From assembly GCA_020072565.1 (NCBI GenBank), contig JAIQGI010000014.1, positions 16,327-80,326 of the forward strand: DNA of 64,000 nucleotides. Direction: 5' to 3'. The translations under genes and the position numbers were made by a program. The notes beneath the pieces are model-generated. The model made no database searches. It was not told the DNA's origin and saw nothing but the letters and a program-made list of their open reading frames with translations. Positions 1 to 10,317 of this stretch are shown piece by piece. The stretch comes from Terriglobia bacterium (lineage in GTDB: Bacteria > Acidobacteriota > UBA6911). How positions within the stretch are numbered: the first letter of the stretch is position 1; each line of letters opens with the position of its first letter.

Positions 1-152
1 CTTGACTGCCTGGAGCACCTATACTACCATAGGTGCGCAATGCGGCAATACATTGATTTGTATGACTTTCCTCGACACAGGCATCGGAGCGCGCGTGGAA
101 TTCGTGCGCTCGCATAACAACTCACCTGCTGCCAGGAATCACTCGTGAGACT

Positions 153-1193
153 ATGAAACTATCGGAAATCGCCCGCAAGCTGGCCTGCCGGATGCACGCC
201 GAGAACGATATTGAAATACTGGGAGTCGCCGGCATCGAAGATGCGGGGCCAGGGCACCTTACCTTTGTCGCCAATCGGAAGTATGTCCGGCACATAAAAG
301 ACACCAAAGCCTCGGCGATCATTCTGGGCCTCGATCAGCCGGTGGTTCCTATCCCGAGCTTAAGGACAGCAAATCCCTACCTCGCATTTGCGCGCGCTCT
401 TGAACTGTTTCACACGCCGATCGTGCCCGGACCGGGCATCCACCCTTCCGCCATCATCGCCGGCGACGTAAAGATCGGTCCTGATGCGAGCATCGGCGCC
501 CAGGTTGTCATCGGCAGCGGCTGCAAACTCGGGGCCCGCGCCATTCTCCACCCGCATGTAGTTCTCTATCCCGAAGTGTGTATAGGCGATGATGTGATCC
601 TGCACGCCGGGGTTGTGGTGCGCGAACAGTGCCTGATCGGTCACCGAGTGATAATTCAAAACGGCAGCATACTGGGTTGCGACGGATTTGGCTTCGCCCC
701 GGTGGGCGACGGAACCTATTATAAGATTCGCCAGACGGGCCGCGTGGTCATCGAAGACGACGTGGAGATCGGAGCCAATACCACCATTGACCGTGCTGCG
801 GTTGGTGAGACCAGAATCGGCAGAGGCGCCAAATTGGACAATCTGGTGCAGATCGGTCATGGCTCGCAGGTGGGTGAGAACTCGGTGCTCGCCGCTCAAG
901 TCGGGTTGGCGGGCTCCACGAAGCTGGGACGCAACGTTCAGGCCGGAGGGCAAGCGGGCTTTGCCGGGCACCAGGAGGTCGGCGATGGTGCCGTCATCAC
1001 CGCTCAAAGCGGTGTGCACGGTGAAATCAAAGCCGGTTCGGTGCTGTCAGGGTCTCCGGGATTCGACAACAGCGTCTGGCGCCGCTGCGTTACCGCCTTT
1101 CCCAGACTGCCTGACTTGCAGCGCCGCGTTCAGTCCCTGGAGAAGGAACTCGAATTGTTGAAGGCACAGATAATCCAGAAGAACGGCAAATAA
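153..1193 (+). CDS. lpxD: UDP-3-O-(3-hydroxyacyl)glucosamine N-acyltransferase (LpxD)
   Basis: The 346-aa ORF has an LpxD-like N-terminal domain (..GVAGIEDAGPGHLTF..) followed by long hexapeptide (LbH) repeats (IGxxVxIG..). It also has a C-terminal coiled tail. Confidence 0.85.
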   Translation: MKLSEIARKLACRMHAENDIEILGVAGIEDAGPGHLTFVANRKYVRHIKDTKASAIILGLDQPVVPIPSLRTANPYLAFARALELFHTPIVPGPGIHPSAIIAGDVKIGPDASIGAQVVIGSGCKLGARAILHPHVVLYPEVCIGDDVILHAGVVVREQCLIGHRVIIQNGSILGCDGFGFAPVGDGTYYKIRQTGRVVIEDDVEIGANTTIDRAAVGETRIGRGAKLDNLVQIGHGSQVGENSVLAAQVGLAGSTKLGRNVQAGGQAGFAGHQEVGDGAVITAQSGVHGEIKAGSVLSGSPGFDNSVWRRCVTAFPRLPDLQRRVQSLEKELELLKAQIIQKNGK

Positions 1194-1581
1194 AGCGCTG
1201 GAGTAAAACGAGCTCGGGCCGATGAGAACCGTAGGCTATTCGAGAAGCTGACTCACAGCCTGGGGTCGCGCCTATGGTTCGCCATGGTTTCGCGGCCCCG
1301 GGCTGCGAGATAGGCTGCCAGCGCTCCTCCCAGGATCAACCGGACTCCCGTAAGCAAACGCATTCGTGTTCTCCGTTTCATTCGGGGCTGTTTTTTGCCC
1401 GCAGTGTCTGCGCCGCAGTGGGCCGCCATAGTTGCCTTGACTTTTGGCACTCATTTCCAGTATTCGATTAGGCTTGTTTTCGTAATATTGTCTTGTTTGT
1501 GGCGCCGTTAGATTTCACAGCCGGATTGACCGGCTTTTGCTGAGCGGCATACAGCCTCACTTCGATTCAGGAGACCCTTGG

Positions 1582-4356
1582 ATGACTCATAAATACGTAT
1601 TCATTTTTGCGGACGGAAAAGCCGACGGGCGCGGCGACATGAAGGACCTGTTGGGAGGCAAAGGCGCGGGCCTGGCCGAGATGACCAACGCAGGGCTGCC
1701 GGTGCCTCCGGGATTCACGATTACCACTGAGGCCTGCAACGCCTACCTCGCTTCAGGCGAGAAGTTTCCTGAAGAAATGTGGGCTCAGGTCCTTGCGGCC
1801 CTCGCTCAGGTCGAAGCCGCCACAGGCAAGAGATTCGGCGACCCTTCCAATCCCCTCCTGATCTCGGTGCGTTCAGGCGCAAAGTTCTCCATGCCCGGCA
1901 TGATGGATACCGTCCTGAACCTGGGCCTCAATGAGGGGACCCTTCAGGGCCTTGCCCGTTTGACCTCCAACGAGCGTTTTGCCTTCGACGCCTATCGACG
2001 CTTCATCCAGATGCTGGGCAAGATTGTCCTGGGCATCGATGCAGAGTTGTTTGAACAGGCCCTGTCAAAGGCCAAACGCAAAGCGCGAGCCAGGCTGGAC
2101 ACCGATCTCACGGCGAACGATCTCAAGGGCGTGTGTGAGGAGTTCCAAAAGATCATCCGTCAGGAAACGGGATCCGAGTTCCCTGCCGACCCGCATCTGC
2201 AGCTCGAATTGGCGATCAAAGCGGTTTTCCGCTCCTGGAACGGTGATCGCGCCAAGGCCTATCGGCACCGTGAGAGAATCCCTGACGATCTGGGCACGGC
2301 CGTGAACATTGTGACCATGGTGTTCGGCAACATGGGGAACGACTCGGGCACGGGCGTGGCATTCACGCGCAATCCCGCCACGGGAGCCAAGGAACTTTTC
2401 GGCGACTACCTCACCAACGCGCAGGGCGAGGACGTGGTGGCCGGCATCCGCACACCCAAGCACATCAGCGAGCTCAAGCACGAGATGCCCGGGATTTACG
2501 CGCAATTCGAGGCGGTGGCCGACAAGCTCGAACGGCATTACCGCGATATTCAGGACATGGAATTCACTGTCGAGCGGGGCAAACTCTGGATGCTGCAGAC
2601 CAGGAACGGCAAGCGCACCGGCCCTGCGGCCGTGAAGATCGCCGTGGATATGGCGCGGGAAGGGCTGATCGACGAACCAACCGCCGTCCTGCGTGTTCCG
2701 CCCAGCGATCTCGATCAGCTTCTGCACAAGATGATCGATCCCAAGGCGAAGCTCAACGTCCTGACGACCGGCATCAACGCCAGCCCGGGCGCCGCATTCG
2801 GCCAGGTAGTGTTCACACCGGAGGAAGCCGAAGCAATGGCGGAAAGAAAGGAAAAGGTCATTCTGGTGCGTAGTGAGACCTCCCCGGAGGACGTGCGCGG
2901 GATGGATGCGGCGCAGGGGATTCTGACCTCCACGGGCGGGCCAACGAGTCATGCGGCAGTCGTGGCGCGCGGTTGGGGCAAGCCCTGCATCGTGGGCGCC
3001 GGCGCGCTCAACATCGATTATGCCAAAAACGAGTTCACGGTAGACGGAACCCGCGTGCGCCGCGGCGACTGGATCACGGTGGACGGAACTACGGGGCGTG
3101 TGATCCTCGGCCAGGCCTCCCTGGTCGATCCGGAACTCGGAGGCGATTTCAAGCAATTAATGGAATGGGCCGACAAATATCGCCGGCTTGGCGTGCGCAC
3201 CAACGCCGATACGCCCACCGATGCCAAGGTGGCCCGCGGCTTCGGCGCCGAGGGGATCGGCCTCTGCCGCACCGAGCATATGTTCTTCGAGGGAAACCGC
3301 ATCGACTTCATGCGCCAGATGATTCTCGGCTCCCTGGATTACAAGCGGATCGAGAAGGGTCTGGATGCCATCGCAGAAGAGCTCAAGCGCGGCATTTCTG
3401 CCAAGCGGCGCAAGGATCTGCTCCAGGTCCGCAGACAGCTGCAAAAGCAGATCGCCGAGCCCAGAAAGCTCTACAAGGGCGGCCTGGATCAGCTGCTGAA
3501 GCTCCAGCGCAAAGATTTCGAGGGCATCCTCACCGCAATGGATGGCTACCCGGTCACCATTCGTACCCTAGATCCGCCCCTTCACGAGTTCCTTCCCCAC
3601 ACGGAGGAAGATACGCGCAAGCTCGCGCGCAAGCTCAAGGTGCGCCCGCAGCACCTGTGGGAACGCGTGCAATCGCTCCATGAAGCCAACCCGATGCTGG
3701 GACACCGCGGCTGCCGCCTGGGAATTGTCTTCCCCGAAATCACGGAGATGCAGGCACGCGCCATATTTGAGGCAGCGGTCAACGTCAAGAAGCGGGGCGT
3801 CAAGGTTCATCCCGAAATCATGATTCCGCTGGTCGCCGATCAGGCGGAGCTCAAGCTGCAGGCCGACGTGGTCCGCCGCGTGGCAGGCGAGATCTTCGCC
3901 AAAGCCAAAGAAAGTGTTGATTTTCTGGTCGGGACCATGATCGAGCTGCCTCGGGCGGCGCTCACCGCGGACAAGGTTGCCGAAGTAGCCGAATTCTTCT
4001 CCTTCGGCACCAACGATCTGACCCAAACCACCTTCGGTCTATCGCGCGACGATTCGGGCAAGTTTCTGCCTTACTACATCGAGCACCGGATCTTCGAGTA
4101 TGACCCGTTCCAGGTTCTCGATCGTGAGGGGGTCGGTCAATTGGTGAGGATGGGCACGGAGAGAGGACGAAGCACCCGGAGCAATCTGAAGGTGGGGATT
4201 TGCGGCGAGCACGGCGGCGAGCCTTCGTCCGTCATCTTCTGTCACGAGGTGGGGCTGAATTACGTCTCCTGCTCCCCTTATCGCGTACCGATCGCGCGGC
4301 TCGCGGCCGCGCACGCCGCGCTCGGCACGCAAGAAAGTGTCTCGCGCACTGCTTGA
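1582..4356 (+). CDS. ppdK: pyruvate, phosphate dikinase
   Basis: The ~925-aa product has an N-terminal ATP-grasp (DMKDLLGGKGAGLAEM), a central phospho-His domain (GGPTSHAAVVARGWGKPCIVG), and a C-terminal PEP-utilising domain (GLCRTEHMFF, ICGEHGG). The start is taken at the internal ATG (MTHKYVF) rather than the ORF-track start at 1537. Confidence 0.9.
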   Translation: MTHKYVFIFADGKADGRGDMKDLLGGKGAGLAEMTNAGLPVPPGFTITTEACNAYLASGEKFPEEMWAQVLAALAQVEAATGKRFGDPSNPLLISVRSGAKFSMPGMMDTVLNLGLNEGTLQGLARLTSNERFAFDAYRRFIQMLGKIVLGIDAELFEQALSKAKRKARARLDTDLTANDLKGVCEEFQKIIRQETGSEFPADPHLQLELAIKAVFRSWNGDRAKAYRHRERIPDDLGTAVNIVTMVFGNMGNDSGTGVAFTRNPATGAKELFGDYLTNAQGEDVVAGIRTPKHISELKHEMPGIYAQFEAVADKLERHYRDIQDMEFTVERGKLWMLQTRNGKRTGPAAVKIAVDMAREGLIDEPTAVLRVPPSDLDQLLHKMIDPKAKLNVLTTGINASPGAAFGQVVFTPEEAEAMAERKEKVILVRSETSPEDVRGMDAAQGILTSTGGPTSHAAVVARGWGKPCIVGAGALNIDYAKNEFTVDGTRVRRGDWITVDGTTGRVILGQASLVDPELGGDFKQLMEWADKYRRLGVRTNADTPTDAKVARGFGAEGIGLCRTEHMFFEGNRIDFMRQMILGSLDYKRIEKGLDAIAEELKRGISAKRRKDLLQVRRQLQKQIAEPRKLYKGGLDQLLKLQRKDFEGILTAMDGYPVTIRTLDPPLHEFLPHTEEDTRKLARKLKVRPQHLWERVQSLHEANPMLGHRGCRLGIVFPEITEMQARAIFEAAVNVKKRGVKVHPEIMIPLVADQAELKLQADVVRRVAGEIFAKAKESVDFLVGTMIELPRAALTADKVAEVAEFFSFGTNDLTQTTFGLSRDDSGKFLPYYIEHRIFEYDPFQVLDREGVGQLVRMGTERGRSTRSNLKVGICGEHGGEPSSVIFCHEVGLNYVSCSPYRVPIARLAAAHAALGTQESVSRTA

Positions 4357-4359
4357 AAC

Positions 4360-4412
4360 GAGTACTGAGTTCCGAGTCTCCTGCGATGCTCGTGACCCGG
4401 AACTCAGTACTC
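4360..4412. terminator. bidirectional terminator hairpin between convergent ppdK and MIPS genes
   Basis: A perfect 15-bp inverted repeat, gagtactgagttccg (4360-4374) and cggaactcagtactc (4398-4412), sits 4 nt after the ppdK stop and before the stop of the convergent minus-strand gene. Confidence 0.45.
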
Positions 4413-4429
4413 AGCACTACGTCGTTCGG

Positions 4430-5746
4430 CTAGTCGTAATACTCCAGGCCCAGATGCGTGATCATTTCCTCGCCGCGCAGGTAGCGCAGCGTGTTTTTCA
4501 GCTTCATGAGCTGGATGAAAAGGTCATGCTCAGGGTAGAGTTCCGGAGCGCACATCGGGCTCTTGAAGTAGAAGGAGAGCCATTCCTGGATCCCCTTCAT
4601 GCCGCAGCGATGGGCCAGATCAAGGAACAGGACCAGATCAAGGACCAGCGGTGCGGCCAGGATCGAATCCCGACAGAGGAAGTCCACCTTGATCTGCATC
4701 GGGTAGCCGAGCCAGCCAAAGATGTCGATGTTGTCCCAGCCCTCTTTGTTATCGCCGCGCGGCGGATAATAGTTGATGCGCACGCGGTGGGTGAAATTGG
4801 AGTAGAGGTCGGGGTAGACACTGGGTTGCAGAATCTGCGACAGGACCGAAAGCTTGCTCTCTTCTTTGGTTTTAAACGATTCGGGGTCGTCGAGCACTTC
4901 GCCGTCGCGGTTGCCCAGGATGTTGGTGGAGAACCAACCGTTCAAGCCCAGGAGGCGTGATTTCAGGCCCGGCGCCAGAATCGTCTTCATCAGGGTCTGG
5001 CCGGTCTTGAAATCCTTCCCGCAGATCGGCACGCAACGCTCATTGGCAAGTTGCAGCAGCGCGGGGATGTCGGCACTCAGATTGGGCGCCCCGTTGGCAT
5101 ACGGGATTCCGACCTTCAGAGCCGCGTAGGCATAGATCATGCTCGGTGCGATCGCGACGTCGTTCGCCGCCAGCCCTTTCTCGAAACTTGCGATCGTCTG
5201 GTGAACAGGCTTTTTCCTGAGGAAAATCTCGGTGCTGCCGCACCACACCATGACGACACGGTCGAGTTTGTTTTTCTTCTTGAAGTTGATGATGTCTTCC
5301 TGCAACTGCTCGGCCAGCTCCATCTTGTTTGCGGCCTTCTTGACGTTTGGCCCGTGCAGGCGTTTGACATAATAGTTGTCGAACGCCGCGGGCCAAGGCC
5401 GGATCTTCTTGAGCGCCGGCTTGACCGCATCCAGCAGGCTTTTTTCCAGCACTCCCGCATTGAGGCCGGCGGAATAGACGTCCTCCGTGAAGATGTCCCA
5501 CCCGCCGAACACCAGGTCCTTCAAGGAGGCGAGCGGAACGAAGTCCTTGATTGCCGGAACGCGGCGTTCGGTACGCTTGCCCAGGCGAATCGTACCCATC
5601 TGGGTGAGCGACCCGATTGGTTTGGCCAATCCTCTCCGGACGGCCTCTACGCCCGCGATAAAGGTTGAGCTGACAGCACCCATTCCGGGCAGCACAACAC
5701 CCAGCCGGCCGCGGGCGGGCTTGATCTTGATTCCCTTTGAGATCAT
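4430..5746 (-). CDS. ino1: myo-inositol-1-phosphate synthase (inositol-3-phosphate synthase, archaeal/bacterial type)
   Basis: The 438-aa ORF shows family-typical segments (VVLPGMGAVSSTF, SMIYAYAALK, NGWFSTNILGNRDG, LYSNFTHRVRINYY) and has the length of the short prokaryotic MIPS enzymes. Confidence 0.75.
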   Translation of the reverse strand: MISKGIKIKPARGRLGVVLPGMGAVSSTFIAGVEAVRRGLAKPIGSLTQMGTIRLGKRTERRVPAIKDFVPLASLKDLVFGGWDIFTEDVYSAGLNAGVLEKSLLDAVKPALKKIRPWPAAFDNYYVKRLHGPNVKKAANKMELAEQLQEDIINFKKKNKLDRVVMVWCGSTEIFLRKKPVHQTIASFEKGLAANDVAIAPSMIYAYAALKVGIPYANGAPNLSADIPALLQLANERCVPICGKDFKTGQTLMKTILAPGLKSRLLGLNGWFSTNILGNRDGEVLDDPESFKTKEESKLSVLSQILQPSVYPDLYSNFTHRVRINYYPPRGDNKEGWDNIDIFGWLGYPMQIKVDFLCRDSILAAPLVLDLVLFLDLAHRCGMKGIQEWLSFYFKSPMCAPELYPEHDLFIQLMKLKNTLRYLRGEEMITHLGLEYYD

Positions 5747-5806
5747 TTTCGTGTTCCTCTGCAGGGACCACGCTCAGGAATGCGCAATCCAGGTTTCTGA
5801 TATGAT

Positions 5807-7885
5807 TCAACCAGCTCGTTCAAATACAATCTGCGAAATGTCGGCCACTCTGAGGAATAGTTGCGCCAGCCGGCCGAGAAGGGCGAGACGATTCCTGCGG
5901 AGTCCCGGATCTTCCGCCATGACCAATACCTGCTCGAAAAATGCATCGACGACGCCGCGCAGCGAAGCCATCCGGCGCAAAGCGTCGCCGTACCGGCCGT
6001 CCCTGCCCGCCGCCTCGACTTCGGGCCGCGTCTCCAGATAGCGCTGCCACAGGGTAGTCTCTGCCGCATCGGTCATCAGAGCCGCGTCGGGCTCTTCTGC
6101 GGACGATCCGGACTGTGCGAGGATGTTCATCACCCTCTTGAAACTCGAAGCCAGCGCCAGAAAGTCCTGCTCCGTTCGCATTGCCTGCAGCGCGCGCGCT
6201 CGCTCCGCGGCGTCGGCGGGATCGTCAAATCCCACGGCCAGCGCGGCGTTGATGCAATCATAGGAGTAGCCCATCTCCTCGAATAAAAAGCGCAGCCGCC
6301 CCTCGAAAAACTTCTTGAGCTCGGCGGCGGTCTCGCTGGACGGTGCCGCCAGGGCTTCCAGGCTCCAGGTGATGAGCTGCTCGAGCGAGGTGCGGATACG
6401 ATGATCCAGCAGGATCTTCAGGATGCCGTTGCCCTGCCTGCGCACGGCGAACGGATCCTTGGAACCCGTCGGAATCAGTCCAACCGAGAAGCAGCCGCAC
6501 ACGGTGTCGAGCCGGTCGGTCAGGGCGAGCACTGCGCCGCCCAAGCTGGATGGGGACGGAGAAGTGGAGGCCTTAGGCATGTAATGTTCGTATACGGGGC
6601 GCCAGACCTTTTCAGGATAACCCTCGGCACGAGCATACAGGCCCCCGACGATCCCCTGGAGATCGGTAAACTCCTTCACCATCTCGGTCACGAGATCACA
6701 TTTGAGCAGGTGCGCGGCCGTCTCCAAGTCCGGCAACTCGCCGGCACAGGCGGCGGCCGCTGCCGTCTTCGGCAGCAGCGCCAACACGCGCTGGGTCTTG
6801 GCATAATACGAGCCGAGCTTTTGCTGAAACAGCACGCTCTTGAGCGAGGCTTCGCGGTCCGCGAGTTTGGTCTTGCGATCGCTGTTCCAGAAAAACTCAG
6901 CGTCGGCGAAGCGAGCGCGCAAAACACGTTCGTGCCCGCCGCGGATTTTCGCACCAGGATCGGCGCTGAGATTGATCACGGCGAGAAAAACAGGAAGGAG
7001 GCGGCCCTCTGAATTCACGATTGAGAAGTATTTCTGGTGCTCCTTCATGACGGTGACCAGAATCTCCTCGGGAAGGTTGAGAAATCTCCGGTCGAAGGCT
7101 CCGCAGACAACTGAGGGATTCTCATTGAGGTTGACCACCGTTTCGAGCAGGCTGTCGTCGGCGAGCAGGCGGCCGCCGGCGGCCTCAGCCGCTTGATCCA
7201 GGCCCGTCTGGATCGTGGCCCGCCGCTCCGCGGGATCGACGATCACACCGTTTTCCCGCAGAGAGTCTCTAAGGGAAGTCAGATCCCGAACGGCGATTCT
7301 GGGTTTGCCGGTGAAACGATGACCCGCGGTGTAGCGGGACGATTCGACATCGGCAAGCGCAAACCTGACCACCTTGCCTGCATAGAGCGCAACAATCCAC
7401 CGCAGGGGTCGCGCAAAGCGAAATTTGTCCGGGGTCCAATACATGGCCTTTGGGAACTCGATCTTCGCAATCGCTGCCGGGATCAGGCGTGCCAGAACCC
7501 TGGCGGCCTGCTCTCCCTTCTGCCTGCGCACCGCAGAGAGATACTCGCCTTTCGGTGTCTCCACGATCTTGATTTTGGAGAGAGGAATGGCGCTCTTCTC
7601 TGCAAAAGCCAAAGCCGCCCGGGTCGGCTTGCCTTCGGCATCGTAAGCCACTCGGCGGGGAGGCCCCAGGATCGTTTCGATAAGATCTTCCTGACGGCGG
7701 GGAATGTCACGCACACCGACAATCATGCGTCGCGGCGTATACCACACCGTGTCCAGATCAGCCCCCAGCCGCTCCGTGCGCAAGTCTTCGATGAGATGCC
7801 GGGCAAGCTGATGCGTGGCGCTTTCGAGCATGGAAGCAGGAATTTCTTCAGTACCAATCTCGACAACCAATTCCGCTTTATCCAT
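5807..7885 (-). CDS. glyS: glycyl-tRNA synthetase beta subunit
   Basis: The 692-aa product has a GlyS-like N-terminus (LVVEIGTEEIPA) and lies immediately downstream of glyQ on the same strand. Confidence 0.9.
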   Translation of the reverse strand: MDKAELVVEIGTEEIPASMLESATHQLARHLIEDLRTERLGADLDTVWYTPRRMIVGVRDIPRRQEDLIETILGPPRRVAYDAEGKPTRAALAFAEKSAIPLSKIKIVETPKGEYLSAVRRQKGEQAARVLARLIPAAIAKIEFPKAMYWTPDKFRFARPLRWIVALYAGKVVRFALADVESSRYTAGHRFTGKPRIAVRDLTSLRDSLRENGVIVDPAERRATIQTGLDQAAEAAGGRLLADDSLLETVVNLNENPSVVCGAFDRRFLNLPEEILVTVMKEHQKYFSIVNSEGRLLPVFLAVINLSADPGAKIRGGHERVLRARFADAEFFWNSDRKTKLADREASLKSVLFQQKLGSYYAKTQRVLALLPKTAAAAACAGELPDLETAAHLLKCDLVTEMVKEFTDLQGIVGGLYARAEGYPEKVWRPVYEHYMPKASTSPSPSSLGGAVLALTDRLDTVCGCFSVGLIPTGSKDPFAVRRQGNGILKILLDHRIRTSLEQLITWSLEALAAPSSETAAELKKFFEGRLRFLFEEMGYSYDCINAALAVGFDDPADAAERARALQAMRTEQDFLALASSFKRVMNILAQSGSSAEEPDAALMTDAAETTLWQRYLETRPEVEAAGRDGRYGDALRRMASLRGVVDAFFEQVLVMAEDPGLRRNRLALLGRLAQLFLRVADISQIVFERAG

Positions 7886-7903
7886 AAGTAGATCTCTGGG
7901 ACA

Positions 7904-8812
7904 CTACGCTGGCCCGGGCGCAGTATCGGCGCCGGTTGCCTGCAGCAGCGGAAACTCCTGCTGCCTGCGGCCGGCAACGTATCGGCGGGCCACTTCGCAG
8001 GCAAGTTGCCGCACGCGTGCGATCAGGCCGACGCGTTCGGTCACGCTGATGGCCCCCCGTGAATCAAGCAGGTTGAAAGTGTGGGAGCATTTCAAGCAGT
8101 AGTCGTATGCGGGTAACACCAGATCGAGCGCCAGCAGACGGTTGCACTCTTCCTCGAAGAGGTTGAACAAGCTGAAGAGCATGGGCACGTTCGCGACTTC
8201 GAAATTGTACTTGGAGAATTCGACCTCCTCCCGATGGCGGACATCGCGATAGCTCAGCCCCTTCGTCCAGACCAGATCGTAGATGCTGTCAACCTCGGCG
8301 ATGAACGTGCCGATGCGCTCGAGTCCGTAAGTGATCTCGCAGCTCACCGGATCGAGGTCGATTCCGCCCGCCTGCTGAAAGTAGGTAAACTGGGTGATTT
8401 CGAGCCCATCAAGCAGCACTTGCCAGCCGATGCCCCACGCTCCCAGCGTCGGCGACTCCCAGTTGTCCTCCTCGAACCGCAGATCGTGTTCCCGCAGGTC
8501 AATCCCGAGCGCTTGCAGACTCCTGAGGTAAAGGTCCTGCGAATCTTGCGGGGCAGGCTTGAGGATCACTTGATACTGGTAGTGTTTCTGAACGCGATTG
8601 GGATTGTCTCCATAGCGTCCATCCGCAGGCCTGCGCGACGGCATTACGTATCCCACGCGGTACGGCTCCGGCCCGAGCACTCTCAGGAATGTCTCCGGGG
8701 CCATCGTGCCTGCTCCGACTTCGAGATCGTATGGCTGCTGCAGCGCGCAGCCCTCGCGATCCCAGTACTGCTCGAGCGTCAGAATTATCTGTTGAAAGTT
8801 CTTCTGTTGCAT
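7904..8812 (-). CDS. glyQ: glycyl-tRNA synthetase alpha subunit
   Basis: The 302-aa product is highly conserved with GlyQ ([32 protein letters not shown]). Confidence 0.9.
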   Translation of the reverse strand: MQQKNFQQIILTLEQYWDREGCALQQPYDLEVGAGTMAPETFLRVLGPEPYRVGYVMPSRRPADGRYGDNPNRVQKHYQYQVILKPAPQDSQDLYLRSLQALGIDLREHDLRFEEDNWESPTLGAWGIGWQVLLDGLEITQFTYFQQAGGIDLDPVSCEITYGLERIGTFIAEVDSIYDLVWTKGLSYRDVRHREEVEFSKYNFEVANVPMLFSLFNLFEEECNRLLALDLVLPAYDYCLKCSHTFNLLDSRGAISVTERVGLIARVRQLACEVARRYVAGRRQQEFPLLQATGADTAPGPA

Positions 8813-8817
8813 AGCCC

Positions 8818-9570
8818 CTAACTGCCGCGCAGCATTTCTTTCAAGTTATGGTATGACTTGAGCCGCTTCTCCAGATGCCATTCGATCAATGTTTGCGTCA
8901 GGCGCTCCAGACCACGCGCTGCCGAGCCGGGTTGAGCGCGGGAAGCGTACTGCTCCGGTGAAAGCTCCAGAACCTCGTGCAACGAACGGGCGGCATCCGA
9001 GCTGATCCTTACACCCCGATTCTCCGCGCAGGCACCGCAGCGCCCCTGGCCGGCTTCGGGCCATGCGTAGAACCCATCATCTTTAACACATCTGCCGCAA
9101 CCCGAGCAATAGTCATAATTGGGAAGCCAGCCGTTGAGCTTGAGGGCCCAGAGCTCGAAATAGCGCAACAGCGCTTCGTTGGCGCCCATGCGTTCTCCCG
9201 CTGCGAGCACTGCGAGGAAAAGGCGGAACAGCAGCGCATTCGGATTGTTCTCGGGCACCAGTTCCTGCGCCAGTTCGGCAAGGTAACCGAATCCGAAGAC
9301 CCGGTCCGGCGTCGGATTCTTGCCCAGGTAGGAGTGAATGATTTCGCACTGCCAGATGCGGGAGAGATCGGCGCCTTCCTTGATATAGTATTGCAGCCGC
9401 ACGTGATTCATGGGCTCCAGGCATCCGCCCAGGCGGCTGCGCATCTTCTTGGCGCCTTGAGCCACGCCTCGCAGCGTTCCATGTTCGCGTGTCAGGAGGA
9501 CGACGATCCGATCCGCTTCGGAAAGCGGGTACTGCCGCAGAACGATGGCCTCTACTTCACGGGTTGGCAT
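8818..9570 (-). CDS. recO: DNA repair protein RecO
   Basis: The 250-aa product has an N-terminal OB-fold region ([21 protein letters not shown]) and a C-terminal Cys-rich zinc motif (CSGCGRC...CGAC). Confidence 0.8.
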   Translation of the reverse strand: MPTREVEAIVLRQYPLSEADRIVVLLTREHGTLRGVAQGAKKMRSRLGGCLEPMNHVRLQYYIKEGADLSRIWQCEIIHSYLGKNPTPDRVFGFGYLAELAQELVPENNPNALLFRLFLAVLAAGERMGANEALLRYFELWALKLNGWLPNYDYCSGCGRCVKDDGFYAWPEAGQGRCGACAENRGVRISSDAARSLHEVLELSPEQYASRAQPGSAARGLERLTQTLIEWHLEKRLKSYHNLKEMLRGS

Positions 9571-10171
9571 GGTTGAGTGCGACTTCGAGGTTTGTTTTCA
9601 AACGCCGGTCGAGCCGGACGTCATGCATACACAACGTGGCTTCGCGGTTCCAGTCGGCCCCCATGGCCGGATCGATGCGGAAAAAAAGGAATCCGCCACG
9701 CTTCTGAGACTGCGGAAGCGAGCCCGGCGGGAAAGTAACCCTCTCCATGTCGAGCCGGGCGGTCCCGTCGGTCCGGACGGAATACATCCGGATCCGGTTG
9801 CCTCGGTAGTATCGCTCGAAGACTTCCGAGACGCGCAGGGCGGGAAAGGTCTGGTTGCCGATCCGAAGATACCAGTTCCCCGGCCGAAGCTCGATGGCCG
9901 AAGGGCGCGTGTTGTGAATTTCTACCCAGAGGGCTGCAACGCCATCCCCGGGAAGATATTCATCAAAGAGCTGGAGATACGCGTCCTTCCCCGCAATCGG
10001 ACTCACCCCGATATCAATTCCCTGCAGGCTCGAGTGCAGCACTTCCCCGGGCGGAAACGCCGGCGGAGAGAGCGGTACCTGCAGAGTCGCGCACGAAGTC
10101 ATGCAGATCCCGAAACCGGCAACTGCCAGGTAGGTCAGAAAACGGCACCCTACGCCCGTAGCCGACATAGC
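9557..10171 (-). CDS. hypothetical lipoprotein
   Basis: An internal Met (MSATGVGCRFLTYLAVAGFGICMTSCA) gives a signal peptide with a lipobox Cys. No recognisable domain was found, and the gene overlaps the recO start by 14 nt. Confidence 0.4.
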   Translation of the reverse strand, partial: AMSATGVGCRFLTYLAVAGFGICMTSCATLQVPLSPPAFPPGEVLHSSLQGIDIGVSPIAGKDAYLQLFDEYLPGDGVAALWVEIHNTRPSAIELRPGNWYLRIGNQTFPALRVSEVFERYYRGNRIRMYSVRTDGTARLDMERVTFPPGSLPQSQKRGGFLFFRIDPAMGADWNREATLCMHDVRLDRRLKTNLEVALNHANP

Positions 10172-10317
10172 TTGCTCAGTATACGATTTCTCAGGAACAG
10201 CGACAAATCCGCGACAAAGTTCCCGGCGTGGCCGGGCACGCTTGCGGCTGGTTTTCGCCAATGGTGCGTCGCCCGTCCAGGATGGCACCGGATTGAGGCA
10301 GTTCAAAAGCGACGCGA

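Noticed and set aside
360-1019. 219-aa minus-strand ORF inside lpxD
   Set aside because: It is antisense to a well-supported hexapeptide-repeat gene. It has no motifs and is a typical high-GC shadow ORF.
1438-1470. TTGACT...GTATTC as a ppdK promoter
   Set aside because: The -10 match is poor and there is no supporting conservation, so it is not reported as a feature.
2065-3156. 363-aa minus-strand ORF (and several 70-240 aa ORFs) inside ppdK
   Set aside because: These are antisense shadow ORFs within a highly conserved gene. They are Arg/Ala/Gly-rich translations with no domain features.
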